Shown: one piece after another, positions 27,368 through 40,342 of the stretch | Position numbering within the stretch: the stretch's first letter is position 1 | Layout of the letters: each line of letters begins with the position of its first letter | NCBI GenBank assembly: GCA_918797485.1 | Contig: CAKKNE010000005.1 | Location: forward strand, 1,674,001-1,738,000 | Direction of reading: 5' to 3' | DNA: 64,000 nt | Source of the DNA: Pelagomonas calceolata | Lineage: Eukaryota | The notes under the pieces: model-generated | Seen by the model: the letters and a program-made list of their open reading frames with translations, nothing else | Databases searched by the model: none | What the model was told of the DNA's origin: nothing | Made by a program: the position numbers and the translations under genes

Positions 27368-27496
27368 GTACCTGTACCTGCGGTACCTACGGTACGGTAC
27401 CGTATACATGCATTATGTACTAACATCATTGAATACCGTACCATGGTACCAGTACCACGGTACCTACGGTACCTACCTACGGTACGGTAGGTACTG
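27368..27496. repeat. TACCG/GGTAC word cluster upstream of the 27516 ATG
   Basis: gtacctgtacctgcggtacctacggtacggtaccgta...ggtacctacggtacctacctacggtacggtaggtac. Confidence 0.9.
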
Positions 27497-27515
27497 TGTG
27501 TAATACTAAGCACGC

Positions 27516-30500
27516 ATGTCTGTGGAGGAAATACGCTTGCGTCATGCTAGGCGGCTGTCCAAAGCACATCAGACAAACTCAGTCGAAAACGCAGGACTTC
27601 TTGTTCATGCCCAAAAAGCGCCTCGGCTATCGAACCCGCATACGGCTCTCTACTCCATCATGTTAGAGCAATGTCGCTCTTTCGCTATTGCCCTTAGAAA
27701 CGCCGCTCCACGAATAGCGCGAGCGTGCATGTGGTGGTGCGACGAGATGCGCTCCGATGAGCATGCACTGCTCAATTCTGCCATTACAGAAATGGAAAGG
27801 TGTCTCGGTTACGGCTCCGGCGGTGCGGGATGTTGTGCGTCTGCCGGCTTGCTCAATCCAGGAGCACAATCAATATCTTATGTCGCAGCTAGTCAACATG
27901 GTCGCATAGGGGGGTGTAGTATCAAAGCCGGACAAGGCATGGCCTTCAAATGCATTGATGAAAACAAAACTATCGTAGTTCCAAATCTTTACATGGCGAA
28001 GCGCCTTGGCGTGCATGTTTCGAAAAATTCGCGCGATATTTTTCCTTGTGTTTGCACGCCATTGCGTGCAGAGTTTGGGCGGCCAATTGGTGTACTATCA
28101 GTTGACAGTTTGAGTATCGATACCGATATTCTGGCTGGGAATGCCAACCCAGTAGATTTTCATGAGAGACTTGCTCCCTTTTTGGAAAACAACGATGAGG
28201 CATGCAGGCGCGTTCCATTCTGGAGAATGGAAAAGCAAAGCATGGTTAATCCTAGCACTCGCATAGCTGCCCGTGTTATCCACGGTCAAATTTCCAGCAT
28301 TGAACGACGTGGGCACCTTGGCTCTGTTTATGGTCTCTGCTGGGAAGATGGGTTGTGCGAGCATAATATACCTTTTCGAACAATAAAGGAAAGGCTCCGC
28401 TCGACGCCAGCACTCTTCGGCATCGGTGTGCCGTGTGATGCTGCTCTTCTAGGTTTTGTTGAGTACACTGGCAAGGTTATTGGAGAACAATTGATAAGGT
28501 TGATTTTTGCGGCCAATCGAGTGTAATAGTTTGTTTGGGCTTAGGCTTCGACTAAGAGTGCATGCCAGCGACATCAAGCAGGTTCCTTACGTGCCAAATA
28601 TCACCATCACAGATCTCTTCCACAACAGTCTTGCATCAATGATGTGTTGCATAGTCCATGCAGAAGCTGCAGAAATTTGGGAATATGATGCTCACCAACA
28701 ACTGAGTGTAATTGCTCGGATGGGGCATAACTTTGCCTTTTGCACAATGTCAACTACAAGGCGTTTATTGGAGATACCAGCACATAAGCGATATTTGTTT
28801 TGGGACAAAATCAAGGGCGCTTTGACCTTTCCGATGCCCTTTGTTAATCATACTATGGTTACTCCATTTGCTTGCTATCAACCAAAAAAAGAGAAAAAGG
28901 GTCTTCTATTGGTGACATTATGCGCATTTCACAATTTGGACGCCAATGATCTCATTTTCATTCACAAAATGGGTTCTGCTCTTACAAGTGCACACGAATG
29001 GATGAGTTTGCGCGAGGCTCGAGCACAAATGCGCAAGCTTGCATTGCAACGTATTGGTTCAATGTGCCTAGATCATGGGACTACAGTGCGTGAGCTCATA
29101 CCGGCACTCCGCACTCGTGTGAGTCAATGTTTTCCTCAATCATCTGTTCAACTTGGATACTTGGAACTTGGTGGTGATCGTGTAACCATCATGGGTAATG
29201 TTGAGTATCGTCGGAACAAAAGCCTAGAATTCGATTGTGTTCCTCCTGCAATATGTGCTAGTTTGACGGTTTCGAATCCTGTTAAAATTCAGCGAAAGGA
29301 GTACCTGCCTGGGACAAGAGTGCAGGTCCAGTATGGGAAGTTGTGGTATTTGGCTGTCATACATTTAAATCGAGGGCATCTCACATATGATGTGACTTAT
29401 GATCTTAAAGATTGGATGGGAAGGCCCGTGCGTGAAGCTGGTGTCCCGATTGCGCGACTCAAGCCCATACCTGCGAGGCAATTTAGGGGTTTTCCACAGT
29501 GCCGGTGCGAGGTCAAAACGACGGCGCACGACGACATACACTGCTGGCCATATCTTTTGGTACCTTTAGGCTGCATGCGAGGTATTATCTACTTCAGCTC
29601 CTGGGCAATTTCAAGCCCCGAACCTAATTTTGATGAATTGAACATCATTGGGTTCTTACAAACTGCTGGCATTAGTTTAGGAATGGCGATGGACGATAAA
29701 GTTCGTGGTGGTGCGCTGCGGTACATGCGATCGTTCACTAAGAATAGTGTGTCGCTTTCGAGCAAGGAGATCAAAAAGAAAATGATTTGGCTACTAAACG
29801 AGTGTGCAATGCTTGCGAAGTCTCTTTTGCTTTACAATTTAGTAGACTTATACTCAAATGCTCGTTTTTTGCCGGTGAGCAAAAACTCAAATATGACAAG
29901 TCTTATTATACGCTGCATGGAGATATCAACTAATCTGAGTCTGCTCGATTCGTCTCTACTCATCGAGTCAGATGCAGTATATACTGTATTTTTGACCGTT
30001 TTTGATGAAACCAAGAAGGTGCTCAATAGTCGCAACTCAGCAGTAGTCAGTTCCAGGAGTTTTATTTTTCTCTCGTACAAAGTAGAGTCCGTCAGTTTGA
30101 CATTTAAGCCAACTCGTTATCTCTAGGTCAAAATACACAGCAATTACCCGCGAGGACATGGCATTTTGTATGAAGCTTAGTGAACTTGCCAAAGTACCAT
30201 TGGCCCAAATATCTACCTTGGAGCAATCGGCTTTATTGAGAATCAAGACTCTCCGGGCACTGGAAGCACTGATCAAGCATAAACCTGCTGAGCTGTCACG
30301 AAGCTTACAGATTGCCGGCACACACATTTCAGAAACAGTTAATCGGCTGAATGTATTTATTGCCTATGTGCTACCAGACGATGGTCCGCTTCGTATTGTG
30401 TGGTCTTCAACTAAGCCTCTGAAGGCGGGACCAAGCGCAAATACCTTATTAATCAAGCGCAGATCAAAGCATCTTATGGTTCAATGTCTAATCACCAAGC

Positions 30501-33127
30501 AACCCATTGTTTTTGAGGAACTGGGCGAGGCAGCGCACAAGCTGCATTACTCAAAGTCAAGAGGTACAAAGTTTTGGCCTTGGATATGTGCACCAGTGAC
30601 TACACGTGGCATTCTTGTTTTGGATGCGGGGCTGCAGTCGGTTGCCTTAAGCTCAGGTGACTTCGATTTCTGTGAATCAGCCGCTACGATCCTTGGGTCC
30701 ACTATTGATATGCAATGCAAAGCATCCGAGTTGTCTGCACTCCGACAGATGGAGCATTGTCACGGCAAACACCAGGTGTCTACAAGGGACATATACCTGA
30801 GAGCTCTAGGCGCCATTTACCGTCAACTGAGTTTCCCGTGTCGCCTGTCAGTATTGCAAATGCGCTCGTGGTCATTCGAAGGTAATAAAATATATAGCAG
30901 TGGGAAATGCGATGTTTCATTCACCGCTATCACGCTGCTGCTTCGCTTGCTCAGCATTCAAGGTCCCTATGAGCTAGTTACCCCTCTAGTGGGTATTATG
31001 TATCTCAATAATGTTGAGACCGGGCGAACTTATACAAAAGAACAAAATCCATCATGCTTTAAGTCAGAGCTTTTCTCGATCCCGCTTAGAGTGAATTGGT
31101 TGTCATGTTGTCTCCGGGTTGAAATTTGGAAGGTGGAGTCTGAGCCGAGTATATTAAACCCTCTCAAGGTCGCTCGTTTGATTGGGTCTGCGGAGCTGAG
31201 TGGCAGCTACTACCTTCATTTATCCGACTGCTCACGAGCATATCCGCTTGTTGATACGTGCTATCAGCCGCTATCACCCTCGCTAAAACTCCTATTCGAT
31301 CTGACCCTTCAAAATAGCACGGCGTTTGGTCCCTCCACGGTACCCGCCATATCCACTTCACTATATCAAGAGCGTCCGCACCTGCACTTAATACGTGCTT
31401 CTGCTGAGAGTATGCTACCTCAGCCTGGGCAATATATTTGCGTTTTCTGTGCGGAAGATGGCTCTGAATATGGCAGGACACAAACCTCGCCTCATACAAT
31501 GTGCCCAGAATGGAACAACTTAAATATATCTCTATCCCGTATTATCTATCCCACACCCTGCACAATGCGAGTCGAATTGAGGTCTACTACATGCTACAAG
31601 TCTCATCAGGTCATTGGGTCCGCTATCGTTTCTGGCTCGTCCTTGATATATTTGCCCCGCAACTTGTCTGAATTGCGGCTCCGCCTGACGAATATGTGTA
31701 AAACACCAGACCAGGTGGACTCACCGTCACAATTCGAACAAGAATATATTGTTATTCTGCTGCGCTTTGGGCAAACGAGAAATGATGTTTCCAAGCTAAA
31801 TCGCAACCTGATATCATACCCAGCAGCATCTGTGGCCCGCCTGGTCAACGGCATACTGGAGTTTCGAACTGTTGCGATAGCTCCTGATGCTCATTTCAGA
31901 GCAGAGGCCAGATCCAACGCGAAGACTTCGCATGTTGTACCATTCAGTGATTTTGCAATTAGAATAGGTGAGCGCATTGTTGGACCAGCTGGCGGAACCT
32001 GCTTTGCTGTTGTCGTAGCCTGTGCTCCAGGCGCTTTAGGCAGAGAGCATATCTCGTTCATTGATGATGTTACAAAGTTGCTGGAAGCTAACATAAGGCA
32101 TTTGCGTCACAGAGAACTTCGCAGCTGTGCTCGAGCTCATGGGTTCAATCGAACGTTGGCTGTTTGCAAACAGTGGGCCAGTATCTCACTGCCTGAGCTT
32201 TTCAATGATGTGCTGCATATTTCAAGCCAGTGCTTGCCTGGCTGTTGTGTATATTTGTCATTACTTCAACCTGGTGGAGACGAACTAAGATGCGTGGCGT
32301 CTAATACTCAAAGCAACATGTACGGAAAAAGGTTACTGCGAGGTCAGGGGGTCAGCTTTAACTGCCTGGAACCTGCAACCAACAAAGACATTGTCGTTGG
32401 CTTGAGCACTGAGCACGTTCATGTTTTCAATCAACAAAATTATGGATTGCCATACCTTTGTGTCCCACTGAAACACCATAGAAGTAGATTGGGTGTGCTA
32501 GCTACTGACACATTTGAATTTGTCAGTAAAGTTTGCAAGGGACCTAAGGAGCATCTTGAGGACGGAGTCTTGGAATTCCTCATGGGGCTAGGCGCCATCG
32601 TGGGGCGAGCCATTGACCTGCGAAGAAAGTGTGATTCTCTGGCTTCGTTGCATATCAAGCCTTTCCGGTCTCCAGCTGCGATATTGAATATGTCCCTGCG
32701 TGCTATCTTCTCAAACATTATATTTGCGCTTGCTTGCGAATTCTGGCAAATGGATGAGGAGCGAAAGCTTCGTGCCATTTTGAGCGTCAAACCAGGCTCC
32801 AAAATGTTTCTTTATGGTATTTGGGGTCAACCTAGCGTGATGAGCACAATATACCCATATACGACCGACATGCTCTTGGGAAATTTGCTCGATGCCATAG
32901 CACATGCCAACAGAATGGAGCCAAAGCTGATCGGTAAGCCTTGCCAGATGATAATCATTCCTTTCATTGAGTTTTCAAAATGTCATGCCATTTCTCTCGT
33001 ACCCACACGAGACTTCAAGCCGTGTGATGCAGCTCAAAGCTATATTATGGCAATTGCAAAGGACACGCAACGCATCCTAATTGAGTTTGATTCTTCCAAG
33101 AGCACCATCAGGGCGCAGAAACACTAG
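27516..33127 (+). CDS. Very large protein (~1800 aa) with several GAF-like repeats, a Tudor/SH3-like barrel and two C2-like domains; multi-exon
   Basis: Three long ORFs joined by short introns. Repeated GAF-like motifs (GQGMAFKC..FPCVCTPL..GVLSVDS; WPWICAPV; GQGVSFNC..PYLCVPL..LGVLATDT), GTRVQVQYGKLWYLAVI, and C2-like EYGRTQTSPHTMCPEWN..MRVEL..VIGSA. Confidence 0.7.
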
Positions 33128-33590
33128 GAATGCATGGAAAAAACAAAACCTGAAAGGCTGCCATGGCCATCACCACGAACTATGCGTCATAAAAGACAGA
33201 CAGATATCGCTGCTGGCAACAGCCACGCGGGGCACTTGCGGTGTGCCCGTCCCAGGAGTATTTATTTACTTGTTTATTTATTTGGGTCCCAGATAGACTA
33301 GAGAGGATGCCAGATGAGTTTGGTCAGATAGCAAACGATTTAGTGGCCCACGAACGTTGCGACGGTGCCTGGCTCGGGCGTTTTGAGGTGGTCTCGAGAC
33401 TAGCTGACTACCGGACAACAATTCATCGAAACGGTGCCCGGTCCACACCCACGCCCTCGTGCACGCAGATTAGCGGCGAGTTTGTTCTACCCCGAAGGGT
33501 AGAAGTCAGCCTGAGGTCACTGTCACCAGGCACACTGGCCCATGGGCCGCCCCGTTGCCAGAAGCAGGCAGTTTATTTATAAATTATGCA

Positions 33591-33790
33591 AAAAGGTATA
33601 AACTCCTCCAGGGTCAGCTGCCCTGAGGGCAGCTAACCCTGGAGGAGTTCACACCTTTTCCCCTGCGGGGGGCTGCTCCGCAAGGGTGCTAAATCCGGCG
33701 TGGGGGGTGATGGTTCGGGTTTAAGACTTTTTGATTCTTATAAACCACCGATTTCGGGTTTCGCGGAAGGTTACTGAGTCTTCGTGGCGT
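33591..33790. repeat. ~200-bp hairpin-containing dispersed repeat D, copy 1 (copy 2 inverted at 50076-50276)
   Basis: A near-identical reverse-complement copy exists (both give the ORF start MILINHRFRVSRKVTESSWR). Terminal ~70-nt palindrome. Confidence 0.93.
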
Positions 33791-34385
33791 CCTCGAAGGC
33801 CTTACATTCAAACAACGTGTATTGGATTGTCTCCGACTCGCGAGATTCGCAACAACTTGGAGGGCATTGCGCGCCGTATCACTGGCCAGCATGCTAGTAC
33901 TAGTACTACGGGTCCTGTCACGTTTAGACCACGCCTCCCGAGCGGCGGACGCGTCTAGGTTTACCCTAGTTTCTCGGAGCGGAGGAGTCGTGGTCTATAC
34001 TCGACAGGTACGGGTCCGGGCAATTTGAAAAACGGGAACCACACAGCCCAGGGCCAGGCCTGGCCCCGCCGGAGAGCCGAGGCTGGGGGACCTCCCATTT
34101 AGTTTGGAAGTCACAACTAGTCGCTGTGTCCCCCTCCCTTGCTGTTTGTGGACAGATCACTGCCACGGCCTTTTTTGCCAGGTTCCCGAATGTTGATTAC
34201 TCCGCTCACCGGAAGTGCCTGGATGTTGTCATCTCTCTAAAAGATGCTAGTGGTGACCTGGACCTTCTGGCCTCCTCCGAGTTTTGATAATGTTGATTTG
34301 GTGTGTATGCGTGGCATCCAGCGCAAGAGTGCTGCAGTAGGAAATGGCGGCCAGCAATTCTATCCATATTTTTAAGAAGCAGTAT

Positions 34386-37300
34386 CTAGGCTTTATTGTC
34401 AGGTGGACATACCCTGCCATAGTAAATCCAAACCTACATCGAAATGAAAGATGACATGGCAACGAGTCTTTGCAACACTGCCACACACCGAACAAACATG
34501 ATTTATGATCGGATGTACGTATGCCGCTACAATGAACTGGACGTCTCGATGTGTGACATTATGGATATTCATCGCACGTAAGCGCTCAAGAACTCCACTC
34601 GTGTTGGCGTAGGGCAGGTTGACTGCAATAGCTTCAATACCCACGTTTTGAGTAAACCCTAATGTATCCTCTTTGTGTGCCTGTATTGCGGCGCCAGTCA
34701 ATTCACCAGAGTCCCGGAGTGCTTCTAGTGCTGGCAGTAAGCTATGACAACCGACTCTCAATAAGAAAAAACCAGAGATGTTCTTACTTTTGCAAACGCC
34801 GAGATATGTCAACATTGAAAGAAGTGCTTGCACAACGACGGTTCCCTAAATTCATACGCCATCGGCGGACTGATTTCTGCGCAAAATTTGATATATTCAG
34901 ATACAGATAGACATATTATTGGCCTTACCTTGATTTCTTCTGTTAGCTTGACTTGAATTTGTTCCGCGTGGACAATATTGGGTGCATCATATCGCAGATG
35001 CAAGTCCTGAATTGATGCCAATGTAGCAGGTCGTGAAATTCGCGAGGGCCCAGGGTTACAGACACAACTACATCCAATGCACCAATCATCCCTTTGGGCC
35101 GATGGATCTTGAAAGAATGGCCGCCAAATGCTGCTGTCCTTTACATTGTATGATAGCAAGTGAGGACTGGTATCTCCTTGTATATTCGCAAATATATTTT
35201 CCGCAGTGAGAATGCAGCCGATGTCAATTAATGGAGATTGTTTATGACTCGCGACAAATACATCTCCAGTGCACGGATTCCAGAAAGAAACACCACCGTC
35301 TCCCGAGTGCGTGTTTTTTTGCATCACATAAACAGTGTCTCCCTCCGGGAGCCCAGAGCCAATAACCAGATACCATTCCTCTGACGCGGAGTCAGAAGTG
35401 GCACCTTTCAATTGCAACCAAATGATCAAGTTGTGCAAAAGTATCCCATGTTCTTCCCAGTCCCCGGCACCGACGTCAAGAAATTCCTGTGAGGTGCACC
35501 AAATATCAAGACTTGCGCATCCAAATGATTTCCAATCTTCCAGGAATGGGATAAGGCTAACAAACCGCGCCACTTGGTTGAGACAACTTACGCCCGGAGG
35601 TGGTGTTTGTGGACTTAAGTAGCGACAAATGAGAACTGCATCTCCATTCATATTATTCCCAAAAGCTTGAACGAGGCGTTTCGATATGCGCCCATCGACT
35701 GGTCTTTTAATGATTTCATTCATATTTTCAAAGTAGATTCTTAGCTGCTGAATCCAGCTTGCACCATACCGAATAAGCCGCTCGTCTTCCATTGAGGAAA
35801 AGACAAGTGGATCTTTGAACGGTACTGACAAAGGGGGGCGCAAGAACACAGCAAGGTGCAGATATGACGCAGCCTTGGATTCGTATGTCGAAGAAGGACT
35901 TTGCCCCTGGAAGTCATGGGTACGTATTGTAATCAGAGGTGTCCTTAATCGAAATTGACCCTCCAAGTATCCATTGACCCCACTGTTAGAATACAGCGTT
36001 ATGAATGGTATCTCAATATCTCCAATGAATTCATGCCTGGTAGATGGATCTCTGTACATCTCTTGGACCCGTTGGGTAGGTGTTTTGAGAAGTGACTCTG
36101 AAAAGAGGCTCAGCCGTAAACAGTCGCTAACATGCATCAAGCTGGTTGGTGAAAAGTCCCCCAAGGTTGGAATAAATGGGAAGTCCAGGGTCTCTTTCCA
36201 ACGTGGTGTGCGTCCCATTGCCAACATTGTGCGGCGGGAATGCTCTTGGAAGGAAGCAAACACAAACTTCCCCGAGTTATTTCCAGCTGCCTTGGCAATA
36301 TTGTCACTATCCATCGTCTGTTCTAGTGGGAAATCTGCTAGTTGATGAGCGGAGATGATCTGCACCAGCAATGAACAATCTCTAGCTGAAGATATCATCA
36401 TTCGCCGCTGACGCGAAGGCCGAAGAGAGCGTCTGCGGCGTGCTGTATACTCCAAAGCAGCATCAATCAATCCACGTGCACGTAGTTGTGGCAACGCATG
36501 TCCTTCGCTGACTAAGGCTGTGAGTGGGAACGAAGAAGCTTTTTGTGATGTGCGCAAACGAACAGTGACGCTGTCTTGAACTTGTTTGACAAATGCCATT
36601 ACCTGTCGATCTCTCTTCAGGCCATTAGTATCTATAGTACCCCCCCCTCCCGATTTATGTCCTATTGTTTGCTTTCCCAAGGCCCGCTGACCACGAATAT
36701 CGTCCTGCACAATGAATTTTTGCAGGAGAGCATTCGCGATAGTTGCCATATCTGTGGCCGGAACAGGTTCACTCATCAATGCAGGTTGATGCATCCGGAG
36801 TCTTAGAAGGCGGTGTCTTTGGGAGATTGGTGCATGTTTGTATTTATCAAGTGCAAATCTTATGCGAGAACCAACAACTTCTTTCGGTAGCTCACACATC
36901 GACGCATCTTGCTGTGCTTGACTCGGCTTGTATTGAGAATGAAATACCTTGCGGGCCTGAACTGCCCCCGAAGTCACCTGGTGTCGATACTCGCCGGTAC
37001 GAAAAGCTCTTTGTGATGCCGCTTTGATGTGGGTCCCCGTCATGCGCCCGCGTATAAATGAACAGGAGCCCCTTGGATCATTAGGATCACCTTTGCTATC
37101 AATTTTATGCGTCTCTGAAGCACAAGTCTCGGGTGTCCGCAGCCAACGGCATCCATCTGTCATGCCTGCATCCAACTTATCTAGGCCTTTTCGCAAGCCA
37201 CAGGGATGCTGTTGGTTAGAGGATCGCAGCGATTCCGAGAGAGCGTTTTCAGACCCGGCAGCTGGGTCGTAGGAGCAGGCTTTCAGCTGTTGATCTCTGG

Positions 37301-38846
37301 CTGTCCAATACAGGGACACTAGCGCAGCACCAGCGAGCTGTCGTTGGCTGACCTCAAACTGCAGCCATTCACTAAAAGGTGCCAGCGAAGCAGCGTTCAC
37401 AGCGTCATGACACGCTGATATACCAGGGACAGGCACAAATATTGTTGCAAGGTGGACGTCGACAAGAAGTCTCCTGCGCCAGAACTCCACCTTGAGTTTC
37501 ATAGGATGCCGAGCAACTATTAATCTTAGAGGCTGCTCAATCCGAATTGTGAATGCGGGCCAAGCGACTGCCTGTGGTAGTGTCGTAGCAACCCGCCGAC
37601 CATTCAATGATAAAATTGCATAGAGGTGCTGTTGTCGCACACGCCGACGACGCATGAGCTCTCGGCCTGGTAGTGATTCTTCGTCATCAGCTGTGAGCCC
37701 AGCAGTAGTGTACAGCTTCAAAACAAAATCGGTCCTCATTGTTAGTGTTCTACAACATCGCTTGAATCGTGCAATAAGACGCTCTTGAGAGGGACTGTTT
37801 TGGTTCTCTGAGGCATATTGAGCAATACGTGTGAGCATTTTGTGAAAATTGTCGAGTAGTGGCTGCATTGTTCTGGAATCAAATTGAGGAGACCGACTGA
37901 TATTTATGGCAACTAACTTCGCAGGAGTAGATACGAAATTCTGATGCTGGCGCAGGCCTTTCAGCTGGTTCCAAGTAGTGTAGAGCGCCTCCGCGATCTC
38001 ATTCATGGCTTGTTGTTCAAGTGCCAAGGCATCTAAGGTTTTGAAGCAGCTTGAGCTCAGCTCAGTTACATCTACTTCGTGCTCAACTGACATGTCCAAG
38101 TTTTGTTGCACCGCATCCAGTAACTTGTGGAGACGGAGCCTTAGGTAGCTAGTTTTCTGAAGTTTGAGAATACGGTGGTACTCCCCGTATAATAGCCGCA
38201 TTTGGGCATACAGTCTGTCTTCAGAACCAAATAGTGGATGCTCATAGAGGGCCAACTGGGTTAGTATTACATGCAGTTCTCCATGAGTGCCCGTCAGTGA
38301 TGTATTGCTAGTGTATTCGGGCTGAGAAATACGCGTAGAATGGTGTGCTGGGGTATCGAGTTCTGCAGAATTGTATAGAGGTGGACGCTGATTACCGACT
38401 TTAAGGGGATTTGATTCAACTCTTAATGTGCCATCGTGCGAAAATAAATTCAGCATGTGCAATAAAGGCTGGTGGCGTAAAGCCGCTTCGAAGAAGAAAC
38501 GTTCACTAGCTCTCGATTCATCCAACTCTAGCAGCAAACTAGCCATTGGTGGGGGTACAGGAGTATAGGTTCCAGTCCTTGGGTCAGGACTGGATGCAGA
38601 CAGATCTCGGTTAGATCTGACCGACATGGACTTAATTTGGGACCAAGCGTGCACAAGTTTCCCAGTTTTGTTCTTATAACAGGAAGCCTCCGGAAAATCA
38701 GAGAGCTCCTCCTCGTTTAACAACATGTCCTCACCGAAGAGACATGGGCGAAAAACAGCACTCGACGAACGCGACAGCTGGACCTCTGCGTCTGCACCGT
38801 TATCGAAGAGTTCGGGCAGATTATCCGCGCTTGATTCAGGGCTCAT
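34386..38846 (-). CDS. CC2D2A: Coiled-coil and C2 domain-containing protein 2A (MKS6), ciliary transition zone
   Basis: EHPLFGSEDRL motif; C2 domain FVFASFQ..GRTPRWKETL; VARFVSLIPFLED..DIWCTSQEFLDVGAGDWEEHGILLHN, FWNPCTG, NIFANIQ; spliced C-terminus YVHP..CS|VWIYYG. Confidence 0.92.
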
Positions 38847-40342
38847 GCCGAAATTAGATATTTTAATTTGAGTGCGGCGGGCTCGTTATTATTATGTATA
38901 TCTCGCGATCGGTTTAACTTACAACCGTCTGCCGATCAACTGGGGTGTAGGTACCGCTACCCCTGTTAATGCCCCCATTGGAGCCCAAAACTCCGTTGAC
39001 GCTTCGCATCCGCACAAAACCCGAGGTTTCCTCGTCGATATCGCTGGCGAGGCCTCTGGTTTATCCGCACGCTCCCGACTCGGAAGGGCCTTGCGCCACT
39101 GGTTCAGGTTTTTCCGAATTTCGCTGAAGTCGCGCACGCGCCAACCGTACATGTGTGTCAACTCGGAGTTTCCATAAGGAGAGCCCCCGATAAAAGTCCA
39201 GAGACGAACTTCAAGTTTCAGCTGGCCAGGGGACTCAGGCTCTGGCAAGTCAAAAGCCAAGTTAACCCCACTACTCAGGTTTACAAATCCTGGAGCTAGC
39301 AAGACACGGCACGTGCGGATCATGAGAACCCAGAACCCAGAGACAACCTTTTGCCACTGTGTCAGAGTCCGAGTCGACAGGAAGATGAGCACGACTCGGA
39401 TATCATGATATGAGCAGGTCGCCGATGTTTGTGGCTCAACGGGAATGAGAGGTTGCAGCCCTCACCCCGGCCGCGTAACTCTGCCAGCCGCGGACCTCCT
39501 TAGGTCCTCCTACAAACTCATCGTGACAGTGACTGCACTGCCAGTGGTAGTCTGAGGGCTGAGAGTGAGACTGGGGCCATACATAAGTAATTATCATGAT
39601 GACACGGTGACACCACTTCTCCCTGCGGAACTTGAAATGCCCTCATACATATGCCATTGGCACATGTCACCGTCCTCGCAGCCTGAGTGGCGCACCAAGC
39701 ACGAGTCCATCGCTTGGCGGCCCGGACCGCCCGGGCAAGCGCCCGCCGCAGACCCCGTGGTATTTCGGGAGATTTATTCGCGGTCGCGCGGGCGCCGCTT
39801 TGGAGCCGCAGCTGTTGGGCGCTTCAAGTTGGAAGCCACGGCGACGACTGGCTTTCGACGCGCACGCTGCAAGCATGTCACGGCGAGTGCCAGAACCCTG
39901 CGCGCCCCCGCCCCTGGCGGCCAATCCCCATAAAAGCGGGCACACGGGGAGCTCTTTCAAACTAGCGACCGTGACCACTGGCACGTCACGGTAGGATCAT
40001 GATAACTTGAAGTACCAGGTACCAGTGCCCGAGTCACGGACACGGTGCGAAACGGGATTCAGGGTCAAACCCATCGGCGTGGGGCCACCGTGACTCGGAT
40101 CTTTCCTTGATCATCATGATGATTGGCAGCCTGCCAGTCAGTGCCAGTGTCAGTGAATGCCACTCGCAGTTGCGCGCCGTCAGGCAGCGTAGGGTCGTCC
40201 GAAACATAATGTATAGTACTTCCGGATAGATCAAGTAGTCCAGGTAGCTGTAACTTCAGGTGGTTCGACTCAAATTGCTCGGTATGTGAGTAGCTTACTT
40301 AGCGTATCTCTCAGACGACGTCAAGCGTTATTTAGAAGTAGG

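Noticed and set aside
26575..27496. CRISPR-like or restriction-site (KpnI) array interpretation of the GGTACC clusters
   Set aside because: No constant repeat with unique spacers, eukaryotic context, and no cas genes.
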